A stretch of DNA of 64,000 nt from Candidatus Bathyarchaeota archaeon (lineage in GTDB: Archaea > Thermoproteota > Bathyarchaeia > Bathyarchaeales > DTEX01). This document shows positions 10,419-22,120 of the stretch, in pieces. A program made the position numbers and the translations under genes. Numbering within the stretch: the stretch's first letter is position 1; the number at the start of each line of letters is the position of its first letter. Location: NCBI GenBank assembly GCA_963714275.1, contig CAVQNT010000002.1, positions 942,576-1,006,575 of the forward strand, given 5' to 3'. The notes beneath the pieces were generated by a model. It saw only the letters and a list, made by a program, of their open reading frames with translations, searched no databases and was not told the origin of the DNA.

Positions 10419-11027
10419 ATGAAAGGAGGTGTAAAAATGGGTCTATTTAAAAGGTTTACAAAGCCATCTAAAAAAGAGGCAGAAGAACATGATTTCAACC
10501 ATTTAATTGATATTCTTTTGCATGATGAGAGCGTTGAGAAAAGGTACGATGCTGCCGTAAGACTTGGCAGCCTACATGATGCCCGAGCTGTTCCAGCTCT
10601 AATTCAAGCATTCGGAGATGGCGGATCAATACATATCAAAGGTGTCGCTGTTGTATATGTTAGTGTAGCAGCGGTAGAAGCGTTAGGCGAAATCGGAGGT
10701 CCAGAAGCAACTCAAGTACTGAGTAAGGTGCTTCGAGTAAGCTCTAGTGGTATGTCATTCGCAGCAAAGAAAGCACTCAAAAAGCTCGGTGCCACAGACA
10801 TACTCAGAAAATATGCTCCATTTTCTAATCAGTCTTGGGAGGCCATAACATTAGATGAAAGCGGAAATACTTATCGTGGATATGGTGTTCAAGGGCGGCA
10901 AGAGAGTCTTCAAAAGCTCACTGGACCTGGGGATTATGTCCTCCTAGAGTGCTCCATCGCCGATATCTACGAGGAGAAAGGTGAAAGGAAGGCTTTACCC
11001 GATGGTGCTCCCCGTCCGTATAAATAG
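10419..11027 (+). CDS. HEAT-repeat protein; probable start 10437, may extend to ~11266 via frameshift
   Basis: AAVRLGSLHDARAVPALIQA and AVEALGEIGG; GGAGGTG RBS before ATG 10437. Confidence 0.75.
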   Translation: MKGGVKMGLFKRFTKPSKKEAEEHDFNHLIDILLHDESVEKRYDAAVRLGSLHDARAVPALIQAFGDGGSIHIKGVAVVYVSVAAVEALGEIGGPEATQVLSKVLRVSSSGMSFAAKKALKKLGATDILRKYAPFSNQSWEAITLDESGNTYRGYGVQGRQESLQKLTGPGDYVLLECSIADIYEEKGERKALPDGAPRPYK

Positions 11028-11334
11028 GTTGGGAAGGTACTTATTGAGGCTGAAACGCCTTATCCGAAATCATCTCTAACCAATGGGTTAGTTAGTTTAG
11101 AAGCACGCAGACTACATCTCGACCATGCCTTTAATGAGGAGATTTCAGTGATAGACTTGGCTGGCGACCCCGTAGAGTTGCTTTCAGTTCAGAAGAAAGC
11201 CTTTGTGGACTTTTCAAGAGTAGATACCTCTGGTTTAGAACAACTAAAGAACTTGATGATTTTCTGAGTCGCGATCTAGCTCAGCTAAACTTTCAGACTC
11301 TTTCTTAACCAGCACTGTCTCATGTTCAATCTAG

Positions 11335-12021
11335 CTAGGCTTTTTTTCGAGAATATTCAGCTTCTGCTTTTCCTTTTCGGAAAATGTGGTTTCCTATAAG
11401 CACTATTAGTGCACATGTTAGGGAAATAACAGTGTAAGCAGGAATTCCCTGCGTAACCATTCCCCAAAAGTAAAATATGAAAAGAAGGAGCCCAGCAAGC
11501 ATAATATATACCCCAAAGATTCTTAGAGCCATGGGAAAAACTCTTTCAAAAAATGGAAAGGTCTTTCCAAGTAACATTTGAAATCCAATGATAAACAGCA
11601 TCAAGCTTGGTATACAGAAAACAGCAGTACTTATAGAATATAGTATGAAAGGTGGTAAAAAAGAGTTTTTTATCATCGAGTAAAAAACAATAAGTAGGAT
11701 AATGCCAATCAGTAAAGCAATTAATCCATAAAATTTTTCTTTTCCTGTAGACTCATCGTAGGACTGGGTTCCAGGATGTAAAGGAGCAACCTTGGATTTC
11801 CTCAGGCTTCTATAGCCAAAATATATTATTGCGATTGAAGGGATTAGCCCAAACGCAATTACCAGAGCTATCACTAAGGCTGGATCAACGCCTTGAGGTA
11901 CAGTTGCCATCATGGGGTATAAACCAGCAAGAACACTTACCAACCAATATATTCCAATGATGAACAGAAGGATGGCAATCGCCTTCCCTTTATTCATGAT
12001 TAATCCAATCCTCCTTCTCAA
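11335..12021 (-). CDS. Multi-pass membrane protein (~6 TM)
   Basis: Six hydrophobic segments; the stop codon lies inside a CTAGCTAG motif. Confidence 0.75.
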   Translation of the reverse strand: MRRRIGLIMNKGKAIAILLFIIGIYWLVSVLAGLYPMMATVPQGVDPALVIALVIAFGLIPSIAIIYFGYRSLRKSKVAPLHPGTQSYDESTGKEKFYGLIALLIGIILLIVFYSMIKNSFLPPFILYSISTAVFCIPSLMLFIIGFQMLLGKTFPFFERVFPMALRIFGVYIMLAGLLLFIFYFWGMVTQGIPAYTVISLTCALIVLIGNHIFRKGKAEAEYSRKKA

Positions 12022-12167
12022 AACACAATTATAATCGATTTAATTTAAGGATCTGCCATTTTTATCGTTTCTGGTATAGCTAGCTGACTTAATAGCACAG
12101 ATTATTTTCTGATGCTTGTGGCCCAAGCTGCAATTTCATGTTTCATTTGAAATCTGATATTGCGCAG

Positions 12168-12476
12168 TTATCCTCTCCACTCACCAATTCCATCCCAAGC
12201 GTGGTCGAGATAACGGCCTGTGAGATGCCCCTTCTTATAGACTCGGTCATATACCTTCCGCATCAGGTTCATGCCGCCCTTTTCGTTTAGTTCTTCGCCG
12301 AACTTGAATAATTGGTTGTCAATTGCTTTCCACTCATTGTTCAGCGGGGTTCCCACCTTCGTGGCATTCAAATAGTCCTCTGCACAAATCTGGTCTATCC
12401 TATTAAGCAGTCGGATAATCTCGTCTACCATCCTCTCATTAACGGGAGGACCGAACAAACGACCTAGAAAACCCAT
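12168..12476 (-). CDS. Hypothetical protein
   Basis: 102 aa ATG ORF ending AWDGIGEWRG; GGTG RBS and TATA-like CTTAAG upstream. Confidence 0.7.
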   Translation of the reverse strand: MGFLGRLFGPPVNERMVDEIIRLLNRIDQICAEDYLNATKVGTPLNNEWKAIDNQLFKFGEELNEKGGMNLMRKVYDRVYKKGHLTGRYLDHAWDGIGEWRG

Positions 12477-12705
12477 TTCTTAAACACCAAGATTGATCAA
12501 TATCAATCTTATTACTTAAGACTATTTTGTGATTATCGCGCGCAAAGAAGAGCCCTCATAATTTCGATCAACGTTAAAAACATTTAAAGAAGTATGAATA
12601 CTAGGCAATAGGAGAAATAGGTGGATTGTTTTTGGAAAAAAGAAAATGTCTGCTTCAAGGAAACCATCTTAGGAATAGCTCACTCGCTTTAACGTAGAAG
12701 GTTGA

Positions 12706-15019
12706 GTGTGTTTACTAATGGGCAAGATAGTTTTAAAGCTAGTTTCCGCAATCATATTCTTACTTGCTTTATCGCCTTTCTTTTTGATGTTGGCTTCAGC
12801 TTCTCCTGATGTTGTAGTTATTAATCCAACGGTTGTGACGGTTGAGCTGATAGCAGACTCCTATGTTAACAGTACCGATCCTGACGTGAATTATGGAGAA
12901 AATACACGCTTGAGTGTAGGGTCCGAAAAAATCACGTATTTAATGTTTGGACTGCCTGATCTTCCATTGAACGTTTCTATTGGGGAGGCAAGGCTAGAGC
13001 TGTATGCATCGAGTGGATCAACGTCAGGGTATATTGATGTTTATCATTGCCCTGATAATTCTTGGATTGAGAGCGGCATTACGTGGAACAACAGACCCAG
13101 CTACGATCCTGAAAGGATAGACAGGATTGACCCAAGTGCCTGGACAGGGTGGGAAAATCCGTGGCATGTAACTGAAGTTGTACAAACGTGTTACTGGGAG
13201 GGCGACATGAAACTTACGCTGGTAATCGTCTCCTCAAATGCTTGGGCTTATTATAACTCGCGAGAATCATATAATAAACCGCGTTTAATAATCAGTTACT
13301 TAACGCCTCCGACCTATACAGTTCATGTCGAGTCAACTGATGAAACTGGCAGGACCTCTAATGAAGGCTCTATAACTATTTCAGGTCAATATTGCTCCCT
13401 TCCGAATGAAGTACTTGTAAAGCCTGGAAGTCTATCCGCTAGAGTTTTTTGGCGATTATGAATTTGTTAGGTGGGAAACAGACGGGGCAATCAGCGTTGC
13501 AAGCGCAACAGCGGAGGTAACTGATGTCGAGATTCAAGGCGCAGGCTTGATTAGAGCTGTCGGAAGAAGCGCAGAACTCGCCCTTGAATCGGTCCAAAAT
13601 ACGGGCACCACGTCGAACATGGGCTACATAATTATTGAAGATGAAATCTATGCAGAACGTTACTTCCTGCCGCAAAACATTCCGTTGATCAAGCCTGGAA
13701 CATATAATGTTTCTTATGAGGGCGGATACTCATTCATTAGATGGGAGACTGTCGGCAACATATCCGTCTCAAATCCGACTCAGCCAACAACAACCGTAAT
13801 GATTTCCGCTGGCAGCAGCACCCTTAGAGCGGTAGGAAGCGTGGAGATCATGGAGTATGCTTATGACGATGGCCAAACTGGAACATATAACTATGAAAGT
13901 GGAGATGCAGGATCGATGTATGCGGTAAGGTTCACTCCCCTCTTTTCAGGAAAGCTGCTAAATGCTCGTTTCTACATTGTTACGGAACCAAACATCTTCA
14001 AGATTCATATAATGGACGAGAATAGAAACCAAATAATTGCTCCCTTCACATGCAATCCTGCCGCCGACGGTTGGTTCGTTGTTGATCTTTCCACCTTCAA
14101 CATTCATGTAGAGGCAAGAAAAGATTTCTACGTCGGTGTTGAGTGGGTTCAGGAAGGAAAACCCAGCATAGGCTATGATGATGATGATTTGCCACGTGAT
14201 GATAGAAGTTGGTTTTGGAACGGCACAAGCTGGGACCAATATCCTGTATACCACGACCTTATGATACGAGCTCAAATTGAAACAACCATGTATCCCAGTC
14301 AGATCACATGTTCCCTTAATCTAGTTTCAATGGCCTACAAGGAAGAGACTGAAATCTCCGGTTCAATATATCCTTTAAACCTAGAAACAGCAGAAGGCCT
14401 TGTGACGCTTCAATACGGTTCTTTTTCTCAATACGGTTCTGACGGCGTTTCATGGTTCAACATTACAACCGTCTCTTGTGCTTCATCAAGCTATTCTTAT
14501 TCTTGGAGACCAACATTGCCAGTCGGAAGCTGATCTTATAGAGCTGCTTGGCAAGGATCTGAAACATATTTCGGATCTAAAAGTGAAACTCAGGAACTAG
14601 CCATAGTAAAGGCATACTCAACTTTGACCTGTTCGTTCGACGTCGAAAAAAAAGAGATTAACGAGGATGTAACCGTATCTGGGCAGATCAATCCCGTGAT
14701 TAGGAACACAGAAATAATCTTGATGTTTACCAATCCGGAAGGGGTTCAATCTAACCAAACGGTTTGGACATCATCAGACGGTCGCTTCGACACCACTATG
14801 GCACCTAACAAGGAGGGAACATGGAATGTGAAGGCCTACTGGGCTGGAGACGAAAACTATCATAGTGCCGAAAGCTCGATTTCTGAACTGGACGTTGCAC
14901 TTCCTTTCCCTTATTGGATTATAGGTCTAGCCTTCATGGTTGTCATGGCAGGACTAATAATATTCTTCATATACAGAAGAAAGAGAAAAAGATCAATTCC
15001 AATGCCCCTCATTCGTTAA
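12706..15019 (+). CDS. Cell-surface protein with DNRLRE/CBM96-like and Ig-like domains and a C-terminal TM anchor; two frameshifts
   Basis: ADSYV..PDVNYG..YLMF..WIESGITWNNRP..SRE..PRL; later ORFs 13547..14533 and 14624..15019 carry G(T)WxVxAxWxGD repeats and a TM plus RRKRK tail. Confidence 0.8.
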
Positions 15020-15126
15020 CATCCTACAAAATGGCAAGGTTTTAGTAGTTCGACTTGCACCTGCATAAAAACGTTTAGCGCGCGTGCTATTAGTCGACTC
15101 ATCTTTTATTCAAGTAACTTTATGCT

Positions 15127-15555
15127 TTAGAAGTCTTTAGGATGCACTCTTTGGATTAAGTCTACTTTGTCGTATTCTTTGTCCTCGCTGACTATTTTTG
15201 CTAAGTCGTGTTCAAGCATTGTTGCCACATTTATTGCGTCTTTAGGTCGTTTCAGCGGTGTGATCTCCATGATCTCAAGTGCGTGTTCAAAAGTGGCTGG
15301 TTTAATTTCATATTTCATAATTTTAGTCATTTTTAGATAGTCATAAGTGACACGGATGGCTGTTGATGGGGAGGTAAGCTTGGATAGAATGAAAAGGGTC
15401 TCTTCCAAGGTTTCTAGGCTGATAGCAGCGTTTACCTCTCCCTTTGCGGCTTTACTTATGATATTTAGGCATTCTTTGTGGTATTCTGCACTCTTGTCTA
15501 TAGCGTGTATGAGTGTTGTAGAATCTAGGAAATAGGTGGGTTCATTTCGGTTCAA
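15127..15555 (-). CDS. vapC: PIN-domain toxin (VapC family)
   Basis: FLDSTTLI, LEE, DAINVATM and SEDKEYD acidic PIN motifs. Confidence 0.9.
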   Translation of the reverse strand: MNRNEPTYFLDSTTLIHAIDKSAEYHKECLNIISKAAKGEVNAAISLETLEETLFILSKLTSPSTAIRVTYDYLKMTKIMKYEIKPATFEHALEIMEITPLKRPKDAINVATMLEHDLAKIVSEDKEYDKVDLIQRVHPKDF

Positions 15556-15571
15556 GGAGTGCGACCCAGTC

Positions 15572-15844
15572 TTATTTTATAAGAAACTCTTTTAATCTTT
15601 CCTCATCTGCCTTCTTTTTTAACTCTTCTGCGGATAGTCCTATTGATATTGTTTTTGATAGCTCGGTTAAGTCCTGTAGGGGGTCCTCGGAAACTTTGCG
15701 AAGGCGTATGCTTATTTCCTTGCCTCTTGCGATTATGATGGCTTCGTCTCCTGTGCGAACGTCGTGGGCTTCACGCAGTTGTTTAGGCAATACGATTCTT
15801 CCTTGCCTCCCAACCCTTACCTTATATATTGATGTCATAATCAA
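15572..15844 (-). CDS. AbrB/MazE/SpoVT-family antitoxin
   Basis: VGRQGRIVLPKQLRE; directly upstream of the PIN gene. Confidence 0.9.
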   Translation of the reverse strand: MIMTSIYKVRVGRQGRIVLPKQLREAHDVRTGDEAIIIARGKEISIRLRKVSEDPLQDLTELSKTISIGLSAEELKKKADEERLKEFLIK

Positions 15845-16053
15845 TCCTCTGTGTCCATAATAAATCTAGTGGCATTATTTAAGGTTAGTGGTAATAAACT
15901 TTATAACTAGCTAGCAAAGACGCAAGCCATAAAGGGCCAACTGAAAATATTCCAAGTCTAGCTGGCTAATGGCCCTATGTAAGGGCGCGCTAAAATGTAG
16001 TTATTTTTTTATTCTAAGGAGATGATAATGATAAAGATATAGGAGTTGATTAA

Positions 16054-16470
16054 ATGTCTGAGAAAAAACCTGACATTAGAGTTGGCTTTAAAAAAGAAAT
16101 TATAGTTGTGGATAAGCTTCCGAAGCCGACCTTGCCATATTCTAATTGTGTAAAAGCTGGAAATCTCTTATTCGTTGCAGGACAGGTTGGAATAGACCCA
16201 GCAAACAATCAGTTAAAAGGCAGTTCAATTAGAGAGCAGGTAGATCAGGCTCTAAAAAACATGTCCAACATCCTTAAAGTTGCTGGAAGTTCCATGGAAC
16301 ATGTTGTCAAGACAACAGTATTCATATCAGACTTTGGAGATTTTGATGAAATGAACAAGATTTACTCGAAATATTTCCAAACCAATCAACCTGCACGCAG
16401 CACGGTTCAGGTCATCCTTTATAACGGATTCAAAGTCGAAATCGAAGCTATAGCAATAATCCCTTCATAA
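16054..16470 (+). CDS. ridA: RidA/YjgF enamine-imine deaminase
   Basis: PYS..LFVAGQ..VVKTTVFI..MNKIY..PARSTV..VEIEAIA. Confidence 0.92.
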   Translation: MSEKKPDIRVGFKKEIIVVDKLPKPTLPYSNCVKAGNLLFVAGQVGIDPANNQLKGSSIREQVDQALKNMSNILKVAGSSMEHVVKTTVFISDFGDFDEMNKIYSKYFQTNQPARSTVQVILYNGFKVEIEAIAIIPS

Positions 16471-16914
16471 AACATGTGTTGTTCAAATCTATAAAAAAAG
16501 ATGCCCAAATGAGTAAACCCTAGGTCATTTATTAGAGATAATAGGGGTGAAATTTACTTTATTAGTCTTTTAACCATCAAATTGATTGATAAAATGAAGA
16601 AAACGAACGTAACAGCCACCAGCTATAAGAATCTAAGAAGCATTGAAAGATCAGGCATGGTTGTGCCCAACAAATGATTAATTCATATGATTTCTCTTCC
16701 TTCAATTGTAGGACAGCGGTGAATGCTATTTTATGATAAGTCTGTTTCAGTCTGTTTTTTTTAAACAGGGTTTGAATTTGGCTTATCTCACGTATACAGA
16801 AGGTTGCAGAAGGCTACAAAAGGTGTTAGAAGTACAGGGAAGGCTGGTTGAAACATGCCCTTAACTGAAACTGTAGCTAGCTCAGCTGGTTTATTTTTGA
16901 GTCTTTAGTATTGA

Positions 16915-17253
16915 GTGGTGGCGAAATGTGATAGTTTTTCCGACATATTTATTAATGTAAGATGCTTTATACTTTGTAAGGCGGAATTGGCTTTGGTGGA
17001 AACTGTAACAGTCAGTTCGAAGGGTCAAGTAACGATTCCCTCAAGGTTGAGAAGGGAACTGAGGATAGTGAAAGGTGAGAAATTCTTAATTGTTCGCGAG
17101 GGCGACGTGATTAAAATGATTCCAATGCCCAAATTGTCGAATTTAGCGGGTGTAGATAAAGAAGTGTTCAAGGGTAGAAAGCCTTCTGAGGAAATTGAAA
17201 CCATGAGAAAGGAGTGGACTATGGAATTTGAAAAACGAATCCATCAAGCCTAA
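16915..17253 (+). CDS. AbrB-family antitoxin (true start probably ~16993)
   Basis: VSSKGQVTIPSRLRRELRI. Confidence 0.88.
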   Translation: MVAKCDSFSDIFINVRCFILCKAELALVETVTVSSKGQVTIPSRLRRELRIVKGEKFLIVREGDVIKMIPMPKLSNLAGVDKEVFKGRKPSEEIETMRKEWTMEFEKRIHQA

Positions 17254-17671
17254 GATTGTTTTGGACACGAAGCCTTTGATTAAGCTCTTTGCACAGGAGG
17301 AAGGTTGGGACGCGGTTCAGAAAATCTTGTCTCGGGTTGAAGCTGGAGATTTAGAGGCAGCGATAAGCGTGGTTACGCTAACCGAAATCTATTACAAGTA
17401 TATGAAGGAAAAAAGGGCAGATCTGGCTGAAGCCAGAATGAACCAACTAAGGTACGCTTTGTATCTTAGGAAAGTTGGGATAAATGAGGATGTTGCAGTT
17501 AAGGCTGGCGATTTCAAAGGTAGATATGATATTTCGATAGCTGATGCTTTCATAGCAGCCACTGCGTATTTTGAGGAGTCAACCATAATTAGCGATGACC
17601 CTGATTTTGAAAAAATGCTAGAAGTCAAAACACTAACTGAAAAGCACTTTGCGCACATGTTAAAACAATGA
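17228..17671 (+). CDS. vapC: PIN-domain toxin (VapC family)
   Basis: VLDTKPLI, TEIYY, SIADAFIAATA, SDDPDF; overlaps the antitoxin. Confidence 0.9.
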   Translation: MKNESIKPKIVLDTKPLIKLFAQEEGWDAVQKILSRVEAGDLEAAISVVTLTEIYYKYMKEKRADLAEARMNQLRYALYLRKVGINEDVAVKAGDFKGRYDISIADAFIAATAYFEESTIISDDPDFEKMLEVKTLTEKHFAHMLKQ

Positions 17672-17754
17672 AACTATAGTGCAATTCGAAAATTATGGTT
17701 TTTTGTTCAGAAGAAAAGTGAAGGTTATCCATGATTGTCTATGTTGGCTAGCTA

Positions 17755-17869
17755 GATTCTTATATTTAGGAGCCATCCTATGTCTTGGCTCCACCATATT
17801 AGGTAGATCTCTTTGAATCCATTTCGCAGGATAACTTCAACGGCTTTCGTTAGGTTCATAGTGTAATAG
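17755..17869. repeat. 115-bp gene-fragment repeat (other copy 33033-33147)
   Basis: Shared CCATCCTATGTCTTGGCTCCACCATATT and GCTTTCGTTAGGTTCATAG; bracketed by CTAGCTAG and AGCTAGCT. Confidence 0.85.
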
Positions 17870-18168
17870 TGAGCTAGCTATCCTAAACCAACTTTAACGC
17901 GTTCAACGTGGTATAAAATTCTGATTTTTTAAGAAGAATGTTTCTGAATTTTCAAAATAGAAAAAATTGTTATCAGAAAAATATGTTCTGTAATTTAGTT
18001 ACTTATTATTCTAAATATTAAATATAAATATGTTGTATGTTTAGGTGAATGACTTGCGAAAGCATTCATTACCATATTTATTAATTTTAGCTAGATAGCT
18101 GTTCTAAGCCCTTTTTCATGCGGACTGTGTGCTAAAGCAATGATCCTATATTATTCAACTTTACCTTT

Positions 18169-19414
18169 CTAGGTAACATTTTTTGTGTGTCTTCCAGTCT
18201 TTTCTGTTTTAATCCATCTTCTTGGCAGTCTAAGGATCATCTGCAGAAAAGCTGTGGCTGTTAGGATGCTTTGCAGGTTCCAGTAAGCGTAAATAAATGG
18301 CAGCCAGATAACGTTTTTTATTTTCACTGGCTTCGTAACGTATATTAAGGCTACGCCTAAGGTCAGAATAGTGGCAATTGCAGAAACCAATGTACCCTCT
18401 GCCATTACATTAAGTATTGGGTCGTGAATGGGGAACAAGGAGAGGTATAGCGACATTATGTAGCTTAGGAAGAAGAAGGATAGCACGTATGGTCCCATCA
18501 TTGTAACTTCGGCGTCGAATGTTTTTCTCTCTAACCTTTTTAAGAATCGTCCGTACTTTACAGCTACTTCCATGTAGCCTCGGTACCATCTTAGCCGTTG
18601 CTTAATCAGTTGAGAAAGATTTGAGGTTGCTTCTTGCCATGAGATAAGTTCAGGAGCTAATTTTATGCCGTAACCTTTCTCCGTAATTCTTAGTGACATC
18701 TCCAAGTCCTCAGCCAAGCAGTTTTCGTTCCATAATCCAACCTCTTCAATGACTTCTCTACGGATAAATTGGCAACTTCCAGCTTAGGGATACAAAAAGG
18801 TTGAGGGCGTCCTTTCCCTGTAAAAAGGTTTTAAGCCAAACTACCTCCTCATAGGATACTATCTTGGTCAACATGTTCTCATCAGCATTTATTGTACAGG
18901 TGGTTCCCTGAACTGCTGCAATAGACGGATCTGTAAAGTATTCGGCTGCGTTTAGTAAGGTGTCAGGTTCAGGAACATTGTCTGCGTCGAAAACGGCGAC
19001 AATCTCTCCTTTTGCCTGTTTGAATCCGAAGTTTATGGCTGAAGGTTTTCCTGTTGAAACGTCACGGTGAAAGTACTTTATGGTCTCGGGGCAGCGTGTA
19101 GCATAATCTTTACATATTTCTGGCGTTCTGTCGGATGAGCCGTCTTCAACTAATACTATTTCCTTTTTTTCAGGTGGGTAGTTAAGCCGTATGAGGGCGT
19201 TCAATAGCCTTTCAGCAACTTTTTCTTCGTCCTTAAGAGGTACAACAATACTCATTGCGGGAAGATTGACGCTTGGCATTGCCTTGTTTTTTCTGTTTTT
19301 TGAATTCGATTGATGGAAGTGCCTTATTCCCATGGCTAGGATGGGGATGTTGTAGGCTGCCCAGACGTATATTAGAATCGTTAGAATGTAAGCAATCGCT
19401 AATATTAGGTTCAT
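18169..19414 (-). CDS. Processive GT2 glycosyltransferase (cellulose-synthase-like), frameshifted ~18780
   Basis: EDGSSD, GKPSAIN, FDAD, (L)AEDLE and KQRLRW (QxxRW); TM helices at both ends. Confidence 0.9.
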
Positions 19415-19638
19415 CCAGTCTTCCTTTATTCGTTTTTTTTGAATATTCTGCGAGAAGCGAAAGGTTCTTCTTCCCCTTTCATTCTCTCTCAGTGGGCAAT
19501 TACCATTATTCTTCTAATATATATATGAAATTAATGTTACCAATCCTTTTACGTCGTGGTGACAAGATTCGGGGTGTTGGAGCTTAGTTGGCTAGCTTCA
19601 GAAGATATGAAATGTTTTTTTGGAGTCGAGTTGGGTCT

Positions 19639-19730
19639 TTGTGAATAAAAATTGGTAACTTTTAAATGTTTTTTGTCACTTTTTGTTACTGGTGTTATAT
19701 TTGGAGCAGTTTGTTGCGAGGGTTTTTCAA
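19639..19730 (+). repeat. Truncated copy of the promoter and first 10 codons of the AbrB gene at 33373
   Basis: Matches 33311-33402 (ATTGGTAACTTTT..TGTCACTTTTTGTTACTGGTGTTA..CAGTTTGTTG.GAGGGTTTTTCAA). Confidence 0.8.
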
Positions 19731-19902
19731 TTCAATTTTTTATTGGATAGTTCGTGCGTATTGGTATAATCTTGTATTCTTAATATTTGGTGTTTCGTCA
19801 CTGGCTTTGGGAATAATCGTTACGTTGTATGAAAGAAAAAAAGGCCTATTCCTTCGTTTGCGTCGACTAATAGTGAGTTATGAATTATGTATGCTAGAAG
19901 TG

Positions 19903-21939
19903 CTACCCTTGTTTTACATTGAATGAGACGTGAGCATTCCCCGTATACTCATAGTATTCGAGGCGGAGCGTATGGTCAGCGGTGTTTGAAAAGCTCGTTT
20001 TAAAGGAATAAGTGGTGTACGCTTGATTCTTCCAGCCGTTAATTACCAGCTTGTTATCGATGTATAAGCGGACGCCATCATCTCCGCCAATCGTGAACGT
20101 CCATGAACCTGCTGCAAGGTTCACTTTTCTTGTTGACACGAACCCGATTTTGTCTGACCGGCTGTAAGCTATCGTCTTGGAGCCCCAGTTGTTATCAAAG
20201 TTCAAGTTGTTTTCATTTGGGCCTGAACCGAGTAGCTGCCCCCATGGACTATATCGGTTTCCCGAGTACACATACCATGTACGCGCCCATGACTGTACGC
20301 TGTTCCAGTTAAATGTAATAGTCTTGGGACCGTTCATAACTATTGAGCCGCTTGTTCCAGAGCTTGATGCGTCTCCCGAATAGCCGGTGCAAGTATACTG
20401 TGTTCCTGTGCTATCGCTGGCAGGTGAGGTTACTGAGAATGATGCAGTAGAGTCTGAATTGTACCAGCCTGCTCCGACTGGGGAATCGTAGGCTGAGTTG
20501 ACTGTTAAGTAATATTGGGTTTGATAGTTCGCTGTAACTGTTTGAGGTGACGAGGGAACTGTGTAAATTATGTTACTTCGAGTTCCACCATCACTCCAAT
20601 CAACCCAAACATATTTTGTTCCACTTTCACTGCTGACCAGCGATATAGCTTCCAAAGTATGCTCAGAACCTGTATTCCATGAGTAGGTTTGTGGAGTTGT
20701 TACTGCGTTGCCATCAACCTTGACAAAGCCTAAGCCTGTTGGGTTTGATGTTATCGTAATTGTTACAGGTTGCGATTCTTCAGTATGTAATGGATGCTCG
20801 CTGAGCCAGTCAAAAATCTCCATTTCTCTGCTGCTGATCAGAATTGAAGCGTCATGAGCAACACCTGGTACTTCAATATACTTCACTGTGTATCCGAGTG
20901 CACTCAGGCTCTGGTATAAATTACGTGATTGACTTACACTTACTACGTTATCAGCGGTTCCATGCAGTATCAATACCGGTGTTTGGCTAAAACGTTGTTC
21001 ATTTCCTAGGGCGCTTTCGTCTGCGTATATGTCAGGAACGTCGCCTGGAGTTCCTCTATATGCCGCCATCAGCGAGTCTTTGTAGGTTGATGTTTCGAAG
21101 TAGAATTGGGTGAAATCGGTAATTCCGTGTATGTCCACCAGGCTTGCTATTACATGGTTGCTAAACATGGCGTATTTGAGTGCTCCGCCTCCGCCCATGC
21201 TGTTTCCCATGATGTGTATGTGGTTGGTGTCGATGTTGTAGTCGCTTCTTATTGTGTTCATAACATCGGTTATGTCACGTCTTGATGGTTCAGTGTACCA
21301 GTTCTGGTAACCGCTGACTGTACGGCAGTCTACTGATGCAACTATCCAAATGTTGCTTTGGAATGTTTGCCTCAAAGACGAGTACTTTTGTGGGTAGCTG
21401 AGTCTGCTGCCTCCGTAGCCGTGTAAGAATATTACGAGGGGAGTGGGTGCTGAATTGTCAAAATTGTCAGGTAAATCCAGCCAGTAGTATCTTGTGCTGC
21501 CATCGTAGCTGGCTGTGAACGTCATGTCTCCTCGGAAGAGGTTTATTGTTATTGTTCGTTTCTGACTACTGATTGTGGTTGTTCCATCAAAGCAGGTTAT
21601 CCACCACCGATACTGTCCATTTAGTATGGGAGAGGAAGGTGTAATTGTGGTAGATACACTACTTACCACATTATTGTTAGTTCCATAAGACTTTGGAGTC
21701 CTGGATGAGGTTTTTTGAAGCCAAAGGGTACAGCTTACCGTTGAAACACTAGAATCTAATGTAAAACTGAAATCAGGCTCATTATCCATCGTTACGGTGT
21801 AATCTAGCGGGGAATCAAGGGTGATTGACATTGCCGCCGCCGTGTTCGACGGCACCAACATTGGTATTAGAAAAAGAATTAATACGAATGAGACTGCAAT
21901 CTTCTTGGTCTTGGGATCAACGATAAAATTTTTTATCAT
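19903..21939 (-). CDS. Secreted alpha/beta-hydrolase (esterase/peptidase) with Ig-like repeats and C-terminal PA14 domain
   Basis: Signal peptide; LHGYGG, GNSMGG, HGTADNVV and GVAH catalytic motifs; GDDGVRLYID..LEYYEYTG PA14 signature. Confidence 0.88.
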   Translation of the reverse strand: MIKNFIVDPKTKKIAVSFVLILFLIPMLVPSNTAAAMSITLDSPLDYTVTMDNEPDFSFTLDSSVSTVSCTLWLQKTSSRTPKSYGTNNNVVSSVSTTITPSSPILNGQYRWWITCFDGTTTISSQKRTITINLFRGDMTFTASYDGSTRYYWLDLPDNFDNSAPTPLVIFLHGYGGSRLSYPQKYSSLRQTFQSNIWIVASVDCRTVSGYQNWYTEPSRRDITDVMNTIRSDYNIDTNHIHIMGNSMGGGGALKYAMFSNHVIASLVDIHGITDFTQFYFETSTYKDSLMAAYRGTPGDVPDIYADESALGNEQRFSQTPVLILHGTADNVVSVSQSRNLYQSLSALGYTVKYIEVPGVAHDASILISSREMEIFDWLSEHPLHTEESQPVTITITSNPTGLGFVKVDGNAVTTPQTYSWNTGSEHTLEAISLVSSESGTKYVWVDWSDGGTRSNIIYTVPSSPQTVTANYQTQYYLTVNSAYDSPVGAGWYNSDSTASFSVTSPASDSTGTQYTCTGYSGDASSSGTSGSIVMNGPKTITFNWNSVQSWARTWYVYSGNRYSPWGQLLGSGPNENNLNFDNNWGSKTIAYSRSDKIGFVSTRKVNLAAGSWTFTIGGDDGVRLYIDNKLVINGWKNQAYTTYSFKTSFSNTADHTLRLEYYEYTGNAHVSFNVKQG

Positions 21940-22120
21940 TTACCTTACCACTAATATAAAGAAAGGGGGTATTTTTCCTATTATTACTTGTGAAAAAAGT
22001 AATTGAGTGTTCTAGAAATTAATGCGTGTTTGAATGTGTTGTTGTGTGATATACGGGATATACGTGATACGGAGTAAGGTAGAGAGAGATAGAATAAGAA
22101 TAAAAGTGTGTGTGGTGACT

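Noticed and set aside
1640-16000. Classical integron with attC sites
   Set aside because: AAC..GTT flanks only some CG runs. I saw no 60-140 bp attC-type hairpins and no IntI, and the modules face both directions with their own promoters.
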